A stretch of DNA of 64,000 bases from a virus (Duplodnaviria > Caudoviricetes). Position 1 is the first letter of the stretch; each line of letters opens with the position of its first letter. The DNA lies in IMG/VR virus record IMGVR_UViG_3300037067_022448, positions 32,001 through 96,000 of that record; one strand, 5' to 3'. Shown in pieces: positions 48,042 through 56,399 of the stretch. The translations under genes and the position numbers were made by a program. The notes under the pieces were generated by a model. That model was given only the letters and a program-made list of their open reading frames with translations. It was not told the DNA's origin and did not search any database.

Positions 48042-51000
48042 TTAACGTTCCTCTGTACTTACAGTTACTATTCCAGGGGCTATATATTCATTCTTCTGGG
48101 CAACTATACTAAGTTTTGTACCAAGAACTCCAGTTTTATTAAATCTAGTGATTCTCACTCTATCTACTCCTTGGACATTATACACGCTATCAATAATGTC
48201 TGAGGAATCAATTGTTGTTCCTAATGCGGTCGCAGTAAGTGCCGAAGTTATATTATCAGAAACATCCTGTTTTACCGTACTTTTCTGATCCTTATAAGCA
48301 TTAGATACAATAATTACTGCAGAAACATCCACTTCAATCTTACTGGCTGCCTTTTCCAGAACATCTGCAGTTATTGGTCTCTTTTGCTCTACCGCAGTAG
48401 TTGCGTCTACAATTAATTTATTATATTCATAGTTTATTGTAATTCTTTCATTATCTTTAGGAGCTTTATAAATATAACTAGTTAAATATGTTTCGTTTAT
48501 TGTTGGCTGATTTAAAGTGTCAATTTGGACTGACCCAATAATGGTGCCACCAGAATCTTGTAAACCAGAAATTCTATTTATTGATGATATATAACCAAAT
48601 CGTTTATTAGTTATCGCCTTACCACTTCTCGAGAAATATAAATCTTCATAATCATTTGGTTTAGCATAATAGAAAGTTACTAATAGTTTTGTTCCTGTTA
48701 CTATAGTTGAACTATTATTATATGTTGTCGAGGCTAATCTCACTCCAGTCATCGAGATATTTGAATTTTCAATTGAGTGTGCTATGTCCCACCTTGTATC
48801 TCTGATTGCATAATTTGTTAAATCGTACTCAAAATCTGTTGATGAGATAGCTCCGCTAATATTTGTGGTCACTTTATCAATTTTAGTAACCCTTACAACA
48901 TAAATGTTTGGAATACTAGATGTACCCTCTGCTGATTTTATTAGACCATACAAATCTATTGTATTATCTGCGGTAGCAGTAAGAATTCCTGTTACTTTAT
49001 TTATTGTAGTTCCTACAATTCTAATAGAACCCCCTGTTGTAGGAATGTTTGAGAGAGTAACAACTAAATTAGAGGGCGATCTTCTTTGGTTAGCGGTAAT
49101 AACTGTTCCAGAAAAACTATTAAGTGCCGGCTGATATCCATCAACATCCACAAATGAATTAAAGCCATCTCCGGAAATTGGAAAATTAGCTATCTGAGTT
49201 GAAGTTGGAATAACGTTTGAAATATTTGCTACATAATTAACTCTTACAAATGTACCAGAAGTAACAATTGTATTTGGAAGAATATAAATATCGTTATTTA
49301 CAAAAAGCCCACTATCGTATCCATCAACTTCAGCAATATTATTTAGGTTATAAATAACCGATACTATGTCGCCCGCTCTTGCTAATGTATCAGTTGGTAA
49401 TGTAATAACCCTATATGAGAATTTTCCATCATTTTCTTTGGTGTTATATACTTCAGGCTCACCAGTTAAGGAGGCATCTTTTATACTATATACATTAGAA
49501 ACAGAATCTGTTGTAGTAATTGTTTTATCAATAGCAACAACTAATGTTTCCGATTTAAAAATATTAACAGAAAGTATGCGACTTATTGGATATAAAGTTT
49601 TAACCATTAAGTTACCATAAGAATCCAAAATTGCTTGAGATATTTCATCTCTTATATAGTTTGAATAGCCCCACTCTACAGAATCTTGAGTTGAATCCAA
49701 AGGATCTCTTGGATTTAAATTATCAAAATCTACATATTTATCATATGGAAAAACCCAAGTATAATCTACTTGTAGAATATCACTTACTGTTGGTAAAGTA
49801 CTTCCACTAATCTTGATCCTGCCTGTTGTATTAAGATTACCAGTCCCATCTGGGTTTTGGTCTAATATGATATATCTTTCTCCAGTGGTTAAATTAAAAA
49901 TGCGGCTTACGGTTCTAACTGGCTTGTGTTTGGTGGTTATGTATGACCTAGAAGAATTTTGAACAGACGAGTTTTCATTAGTAATTTGAATATCTTGTGT
50001 AATCCCAGTTAATTCTGATATTTCAGTATAGGCTAAAGAATCAACTGAATTAAATTGACCTTTAGTACTAGATTCATCAGATAGATCAATATAGCTAGAT
50101 GTCCATGCAAACTTGTCTAATCCAAAAGAACTTCCACCAGCACTGCCAGTATCTTTAATTAGTTTATAATTTCCTTTATATTGTCCGGTTGTTGTGTCTA
50201 AATATTGTTCTACAAAATTAGTTCCAGATAGGCTTCCACTTACTGATGTAATTTTAGAAACTGGTTGATTTGGAATTGCAGCGCCTTCTGACAAAGTTGC
50301 AACCCTACGAGAATTAAGTGTTAAACTAGTACTTGCTGTAAGATTGCTTTGTCCTAGAACAAAATTATTGGCAGGGTCTGATGCATCTCCTGTTCCACTT
50401 TGATCGTAATATACAAAACTATCTGTCGCGGGTTGTAAATTTTCACCCATAACATAGATATCTATTCTACCACCAGTTCCAGGTTTTGAGACTATGGTGT
50501 TTCCATAACTATCAACTGTTGTAACCGTTCCATCTCTAGTCATTAGTGGGTCGCCAGGTTCAATTACAAGAGCGTCTATTGCATCTGCAAGATTCAAAAT
50601 AATACTTCTATAACATAAGGCCGTGCCAATATTTGCACTTGAAAATGTAGCTAGAATTCGTGCTCTAAAAGCAACATCATCTTCTAAGTTTGTACCACCA
50701 GTAAAAGGAGAAACATTTGTAACATTACTTACTCCAGAAATATTTTGGCTTACTATTGAGTATGACGAAATGTTTCCAACACTACCAGTGCTCTGAGTTT
50801 GTACAGACACCTCAATAGCAAAAGTATCAGTGATGCCAGCAGTATTAAGTTGTTGTCTTAATCTAGTTGCCGTGGCTCTCAAAGAGTTTGCTTGTGATGT
50901 CGTTACTGTTGTACTTGATACTGTTAAAAATGGTATTCCATTTCTTGTTCTAACAATAGAATTTTGTGGAATTGGAACATCTGAGCTGAGTGATTTAAAA

Positions 51001-51278
51001 GTAAGAACCACATTACCATAAGCTTTGGTTCCGGTTTGTCTAGAAATACCATAATTTGAGCCATAATTAGTAAGATCTTGGCCCGTCAAATTTGCCACAG
51101 ATTGCATAGCCGCAACATTTTTAATTGCATCGTATATGATTGAAACTTGTTGAGCTTGAGCGTCAACAAATAAATCGCGAGCCACTGATGCAGGTTTTGT
51201 ATCCAAGCTTGGTTGAGTCAATCGTAGATAGTTTAATATATCTAGAACTATATTATTAAAGCTTTTATAAGTTACCAT
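48042..51278 (-). CDS. baseplate J / gp6-like wedge protein with large insertion
   Basis: SVARDL, TGQDL..YG.NYGISR..GTKAYG.V, G..GNI, VTN..PFTGG.N.EDD..FRARI; C-terminal LGTTIDSSDII..VYNVQGVD. Confidence 0.85.
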   Translation of the reverse strand: MVTYKSFNNIVLDILNYLRLTQPSLDTKPASVARDLFVDAQAQQVSIIYDAIKNVAAMQSVANLTGQDLTNYGSNYGISRQTGTKAYGNVVLTFKSLSSDVPIPQNSIVRTRNGIPFLTVSSTTVTTSQANSLRATATRLRQQLNTAGITDTFAIEVSVQTQSTGSVGNISSYSIVSQNISGVSNVTNVSPFTGGTNLEDDVAFRARILATFSSANIGTALCYRSIILNLADAIDALVIEPGDPLMTRDGTVTTVDSYGNTIVSKPGTGGRIDIYVMGENLQPATDSFVYYDQSGTGDASDPANNFVLGQSNLTASTSLTLNSRRVATLSEGAAIPNQPVSKITSVSGSLSGTNFVEQYLDTTTGQYKGNYKLIKDTGSAGGSSFGLDKFAWTSSYIDLSDESSTKGQFNSVDSLAYTEISELTGITQDIQITNENSSVQNSSRSYITTKHKPVRTVSRIFNLTTGERYIILDQNPDGTGNLNTTGRIKISGSTLPTVSDILQVDYTWVFPYDKYVDFDNLNPRDPLDSTQDSVEWGYSNYIRDEISQAILDSYGNLMVKTLYPISRILSVNIFKSETLVVAIDKTITTTDSVSNVYSIKDASLTGEPEVYNTKENDGKFSYRVITLPTDTLARAGDIVSVIYNLNNIAEVDGYDSGLFVNNDIYILPNTIVTSGTFVRVNYVANISNVIPTSTQIANFPISGDGFNSFVDVDGYQPALNSFSGTVITANQRRSPSNLVVTLSNIPTTGGSIRIVGTTINKVTGILTATADNTIDLYGLIKSAEGTSSIPNIYVVRVTKIDKVTTNISGAISSTDFEYDLTNYAIRDTRWDIAHSIENSNISMTGVRLASTTYNNSSTIVTGTKLLVTFYYAKPNDYEDLYFSRSGKAITNKRFGYISSINRISGLQDSGGTIIGSVQIDTLNQPTINETYLTSYIYKAPKDNERITINYEYNKLIVDATTAVEQKRPITADVLEKAASKIEVDVSAVIIVSNAYKDQKSTVKQDVSDNITSALTATALGTTIDSSDIIDSVYNVQGVDRVRITRFNKTGVLGTKLSIVAQKNEYIAPGIVTVSTEER

Positions 51279-51292
51279 TTTTAGAAAAACTC

Positions 51293-51721
51293 CTATAATG
51301 TTAAAGAGAATGTTTCTTCAACAACATTAAGCTTGCGCGTAAGTACGCTTACAGTAATGTCATACTGTCTTGGATCAATATTACTTCTTAACACAGTAAC
51401 ATTTCTAATGGCAGCAATCATCTCGCCTGCTGAAACATACTGGGTTCTTGCTTGAGCATTTTGTAATGAAATTAATTGAGATAAAGTATTTTGAATAGAG
51501 CGTTCTGCCTCAGATGTAACAAAATCATTATCTAAAACCTGACCAATTAGATTTAACGACAAAGAGCTTCCATACCATGAAAAAAATTTATTATCACCTG
51601 TTGTAGTTAGCAATGCCTTTATAATATCTTGAATAAGTTTTTGATTATCTCTAACAGTTTGAATCGAACCGTCAGGATTTATCTTAAGATCATTATTTTC
51701 AATTCGCAGATCGAATGACAT
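51293..51721 (-). CDS. baseplate wedge subunit gp25/gpW-like
   Basis: DLRIENNDL, KLIQDIIKALLT..G...F..WYGS.L; precedes baseplate J. Confidence 0.75.
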   Translation of the reverse strand: MSFDLRIENNDLKINPDGSIQTVRDNQKLIQDIIKALLTTTGDNKFFSWYGSSLSLNLIGQVLDNDFVTSEAERSIQNTLSQLISLQNAQARTQYVSAGEMIAAIRNVTVLRSNIDPRQYDITVSVLTRKLNVVEETFSLTL

Positions 51722-51782
51722 TATAATTCTTCTCCCAATGCTGTAATTTCTTGACCAGCTTTAACTTCTTCTTGCTCTGTTG

Positions 51783-53441
51783 TTATGATGTTTTTACTTG
51801 ATCATTATAATAATTTAAAGACTTTGTTACAGATCTTACATTTTTTGCATCCTTTGCCCTCGCCGACCGGTCTGAATTTGTTTTGATATAAGTATTTAGT
51901 AAATCAAAAATCCAAGTTACTGTTTTTTCTAAACTATCAACAGCTCCTTTGGCAGTATCTAAACCATCTATTAAGTTTAAAGACTCAAGAGCCGCAGCAA
52001 GCACCTTATCTTTTTTCATTTCATCTATTGTGTCTCTATCTAACAAAGAAACCAACTCTTGTTTACTTATTGTAAATAATGCTATTATAATAGAAACAAT
52101 ATCTATTACTGAAAGCCCTGTAAATTCCCCGGTCATCATCTCTAATTCTAATCTAAGAGCTTCCATTCTTTGATTTGTTTTTTGAATTTGGTCCTCAATT
52201 TTTTTAATTTTATCTTGAGTATCATCAATATCAGGAGTTAATAATTTTATAAATGCTATTACAAGATTCATAAAAACAGTATTTTTGGTCATATTTTTAG
52301 CGTTTGTATCACTACCAAGAATTGTATCATCACTTGGCAAAAGCATTTGTATTGCTTGGTCTTTTGCTAGTTTTTTTTGTAAAGCTTGTATTTGTTGAGC
52401 AAATTCTGATTCTGGATTTAATATAATTTCAGCCGAGGTAGTTCTTTTTCCAAAGGGACTATTTTGAGCTGACGTTGTTCTTACAGATATTGTACATTTT
52501 ATTTTTTGATATAATAGCTCTTGGTTTTTAAGTAACTCGTTCCATTTTTTTGCGAGTTGCGGCAAAGATGAAAGAAGACGCCTCAAAATAAGATTCTCTA
52601 ACATTCCGCCGGAATCTACCGATGAAAGAACGCTATTAGTTTCAGCAGATATTGATGCAAACGCTTTATCTCCTATATCTTTTTGTATAGCTTTTTTAAT
52701 ATCATCTGCTTTAGCTTTTCCGGCAGAATTCTCTGCATTAGCTGCCGTTACTAGTCGTATTCTTATTACAGTCTCAATAAAAGATTTTGGTAATTTTGTC
52801 TGGCTATCAGGCATCTGATCTTTAGTATATTGTAAAAATGGCCGAGCAGTTTCATTTTTTACTGGAGTTACTTTTATATAAGATGTAACCAAAGGAAATA
52901 TTTTTTTAAAAACTTTCCTACAACCAGCTGGCGCTTTTTTTGAATCCTTATAGTTTAAAAGAGCGCCATTTGGTCCCACAATACCTTCAACATTTGGAGC
53001 CAGAGGAATGGCATATCTCATAGCTTGCGTCATTGCGTCGTCCATTTCCTGAGTTCCGACTTTATTCTCTCTATCTAACAAAGTAGATTCTCTTTTTGCT
53101 AAAGAAAAAGAAAGATCATCATCTTTTTCGGTATTCTGTAAAATGTATTGAGAAAATTTATTACCATAATAACCTGGTGTTAAATTTCTTTCACCTGATA
53201 AATTGCCACTTGGTTTCGATTTATTATTTTTGTTGCGCTTCTCAATACTTACAAACATTGGTAGCCCAATTAATCTAAAAAACGCATTAACTCTTGATTC
53301 AATTGGTTTATGTTCTTTTTGGCTAGTATCATTATCAGCTTGGTCAAACTCATACGAACGAATTTGATCTACTTCGCCAAGAATTTTCTTTGCGAAATCA
53401 ATGATGTCAAAATCGGCCACGCTCTGAAAATCATTAGCCAT
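51783..53441 (-). CDS. hypothetical helical/coiled-coil protein in the baseplate module
   Basis: ORF track; context. Confidence 0.65.
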   Translation of the reverse strand: MANDFQSVADFDIIDFAKKILGEVDQIRSYEFDQADNDTSQKEHKPIESRVNAFFRLIGLPMFVSIEKRNKNNKSKPSGNLSGERNLTPGYYGNKFSQYILQNTEKDDDLSFSLAKRESTLLDRENKVGTQEMDDAMTQAMRYAIPLAPNVEGIVGPNGALLNYKDSKKAPAGCRKVFKKIFPLVTSYIKVTPVKNETARPFLQYTKDQMPDSQTKLPKSFIETVIRIRLVTAANAENSAGKAKADDIKKAIQKDIGDKAFASISAETNSVLSSVDSGGMLENLILRRLLSSLPQLAKKWNELLKNQELLYQKIKCTISVRTTSAQNSPFGKRTTSAEIILNPESEFAQQIQALQKKLAKDQAIQMLLPSDDTILGSDTNAKNMTKNTVFMNLVIAFIKLLTPDIDDTQDKIKKIEDQIQKTNQRMEALRLELEMMTGEFTGLSVIDIVSIIIALFTISKQELVSLLDRDTIDEMKKDKVLAAALESLNLIDGLDTAKGAVDSLEKTVTWIFDLLNTYIKTNSDRSARAKDAKNVRSVTKSLNYYNDQVKTS

Positions 53442-55429
53442 TATGATCTCCCAACCCCAAGAGGCTCGTTAGAACCTTCAGTACGAACTTGATAATCGCT
53501 TGGCTCAACAAATTGAACATAAACATATCTTGGTTGCAGACTATAACCATCGAAATATGCTACGTCATAACCATCTATGGTTGCTCCAATCTGAGAAGTT
53601 ATTGGTACGAAACTATTTAAAGTAGCGCCAAAAATTCCAGTAGAAATTCCATATTCATCAAGAATTTCCATAGTAGAAGAAAGTTCTCCAGAAGAAGCAG
53701 ATATTTCTACATCAATAGTTCCGGGTGGCAATCCTAAAGTAAGTACTGCGCCATTTTTATCTAAAGGTATTACATTTATAGTCGCATCATGTCCAATCAT
53801 TTGAATTGGGGGCTCAGTAGCTAGAATACTATTTTCTAAATCTAAAACCTTATCAATTAGTTTCTTCAAATAATCAACCATATCATTTTTAAAATTATTG
53901 AGTGAGTCGGCAACACAAGATTGAAGACCAACTATATTTGTTGCCATAGAACTATAATTATCAAGGACCCAATCCGAAGTAATATTTAACGGAGCGACAG
54001 CTGTTAAGCATCCATTTAAATCAGAAATAAGCTTATCCAAATCAGGAAGTTCTGGTAGAACTGTATCTTTAAGTTGTGGGAATCTATTTTCTACGCCAGC
54101 CACAGTTGCTCTAACTGCAGGATGGCAACCAATTCCTATCAAATTATGTCTTATTAATTCTTCATGATTAATATCTAATAAATACTTTTTATTAGAGCCA
54201 AGTTGTGGAGCCATACACCATTTGATATCGCTAAAATTTGTACCATAAGACCAAGTAAGGGTTCCGGTTTTCTCTAATAATGAGCTATAACCATCATAGA
54301 TGCCTTTAATAAGCCAAGTTCCATTATTATTAGCCGCCTCGGTTGCTCCTCTTCTATCCTGCAAAACAATATACCTTGTATTTTCATAAGTAGAAACAAA
54401 TGCATCCCTACTTGTACAAAATCTAGCACATGTCGTTGGCAATGGTGCACCATACATGTCAACATTTGATAAATAACCATCAGTAATGTAACTTGATTCA
54501 GTTAGAAGTAGAATTGCTGAACCACCAGAATCAACACCCGACATAGCAAAATCTGTATTTTCAACAGTAAGAACATATGGCAGTTTATCTTTATCTGTAA
54601 CACTAACATAATTAAAACCGGCAGGGAAAAAATCTCTGATTGATTTAAGATCATTTACAAGGGATGGCGCACTAAAATAAATTAATGGAATTTCATAAGT
54701 ATAATATACATTAAGAATTCCATCTGAACCACTAATTGTTGTTGAATTCTTTATAATTGGTGGGCAATTTTCATCATTACAACAAGCATCACTTCCTCTA
54801 CAAGGAATTCCTATACCTAAATTAAGAAGGGTCTTAATCATCTCCCAAAGAGCACCCAAAGTGGCTAATATGCCCAATATATTTTGTAATTCTTTAAATA
54901 AAGATGTAATTTTAAAAGCAATGGCTAATTGTGCGTCCTGATTATTACTAGCAAAAGCATTAATTAACATTTGTATATTCTTTATTATATCATTGATGAG
55001 TGGAACTATTACCGTAAGTATGTATTCAATTATAGCTAATATTATTTTAATCAGACATATAATAATTGCAGGAATTGTTAACTGTGGAAATATCGAAATA
55101 AAATCTGGTAAACAAGTACCAAATAGTTTAATAATAGCGGCAATCACGGAAAACGGATTTACTAGTGCACAAAGGACTTCAATAATACAACTAATCATCC
55201 TTATTACAACAGTAATCATTCCATATGCAGACGTAAAACCTGAAAGTAAGCGAGCTTGCTCCGAAATAACATCGCCTAAATTTTTAGTTGCACTCGGTAA
55301 TGGAGATGGCTTGATTATAGCACCAGCTGGACACGTACATTTTAATTTATTAACGTATTCCGAATAAGTAGTCGGAATCATACCCTTCTGGGGAAACAAG
55401 TTAATTGGTTTTACTTGGGGAACACTCAT
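53441..55429 (-). CDS. hypothetical tail-module protein with long hydrophobic N-terminal segment and possible C-terminal Ig-like domain
   Basis: ORF track; ~80-residue Ile/Leu/Val/Cys-rich stretch; context downstream of spike gene. Confidence 0.65.
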   Translation of the reverse strand: MSVPQVKPINLFPQKGMIPTTYSEYVNKLKCTCPAGAIIKPSPLPSATKNLGDVISEQARLLSGFTSAYGMITVVIRMISCIIEVLCALVNPFSVIAAIIKLFGTCLPDFISIFPQLTIPAIIICLIKIILAIIEYILTVIVPLINDIIKNIQMLINAFASNNQDAQLAIAFKITSLFKELQNILGILATLGALWEMIKTLLNLGIGIPCRGSDACCNDENCPPIIKNSTTISGSDGILNVYYTYEIPLIYFSAPSLVNDLKSIRDFFPAGFNYVSVTDKDKLPYVLTVENTDFAMSGVDSGGSAILLLTESSYITDGYLSNVDMYGAPLPTTCARFCTSRDAFVSTYENTRYIVLQDRRGATEAANNNGTWLIKGIYDGYSSLLEKTGTLTWSYGTNFSDIKWCMAPQLGSNKKYLLDINHEELIRHNLIGIGCHPAVRATVAGVENRFPQLKDTVLPELPDLDKLISDLNGCLTAVAPLNITSDWVLDNYSSMATNIVGLQSCVADSLNNFKNDMVDYLKKLIDKVLDLENSILATEPPIQMIGHDATINVIPLDKNGAVLTLGLPPGTIDVEISASSGELSSTMEILDEYGISTGIFGATLNSFVPITSQIGATIDGYDVAYFDGYSLQPRYVYVQFVEPSDYQVRTEGSNEPLGVGRS

Positions 55430-56385
55430 TCTACCACCTGTAAATTATATTTATTAGTTATAAAGTTACAAAAATTTACAAACTCATCTAAATTATATTT
55501 ATTATTTTTACTTAAGTTTTCTTCTTTTTTAAGCCATTGATGGTTTTCAGGAGAAAAAGCTATAATAATTTGAGTTTTATTATCAAAATTAAAAGCACTT
55601 ATAGGAAATATATGGTCTATATGATAGTCTTTTCTGTCGCCGGGACAAGGGCCCAGATATTTTAAAATTTCTTCATAATTTATTCCATATTCTTTTGAAC
55701 TTTTAATTTTACCAGTTGTAGAATAATTTATAAAAGCTTTTCTAATTCGTTCTCTTAATAAACAAGCTAAGCGCAAATTTTCGTTATTTTCTTTACGGAT
55801 CTGACCATAACAACTCTTACAGAAATTTTTATTATCACTAATTTTATGAACGGGCTTTATTTTATGACACCTAAAACATTCTTGTTTTGGTCTATAATTT
55901 TTATCATAACATTTTAAACATATTGGATTATAGTTAATATATTTATGAATTGGCTCTATTTTACCACAGCAAAAACATTCTACCTTTTTAGCAAAATTTT
56001 TATCATAACATTTATTACAAAAAGATTTTTCATCGACATTTATACTAATTCTTTTAGTTTTGCCACATCCATCACATTTTCTTTTTGGCTGTGCTGTTTT
56101 TTGATAACAACTTCTACAAATACAAAATTTATCACTAGTTTTACTAATTGGCCCAATATTTCCACAAATTCCACACCTTTTTTGAATTCGATAATTTTTA
56201 TAATATTTATGGCATATGGGCTCATTGTTAATATTTTTAGCAATAGCTCTTATTTCTCCACAATCACGACATTTTCTTTTTGGTTTATTTTCATTATAGC
56301 AAGAGTTACAAATTGGCCTATTCTTTTTTAAACCAACTTTTATTTTTTTGTTTTTGTCACAAATACTACAAACAGCTTCTGCCAT
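55426..56385 (-). CDS. free-standing HNH-type endonuclease with six N-terminal CxxC..CxxC repeats
   Basis: C-terminal YHIDHIFPISAF...NHQWL...ENLSKNNK. Confidence 0.78.
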   Translation of the reverse strand: MAEAVCSICDKNKKIKVGLKKNRPICNSCYNENKPKRKCRDCGEIRAIAKNINNEPICHKYYKNYRIQKRCGICGNIGPISKTSDKFCICRSCYQKTAQPKRKCDGCGKTKRISINVDEKSFCNKCYDKNFAKKVECFCCGKIEPIHKYINYNPICLKCYDKNYRPKQECFRCHKIKPVHKISDNKNFCKSCYGQIRKENNENLRLACLLRERIRKAFINYSTTGKIKSSKEYGINYEEILKYLGPCPGDRKDYHIDHIFPISAFNFDNKTQIIIAFSPENHQWLKKEENLSKNNKYNLDEFVNFCNFITNKYNLQVVE

Positions 56386-56399
56386 AATTTTCTCCTTAC

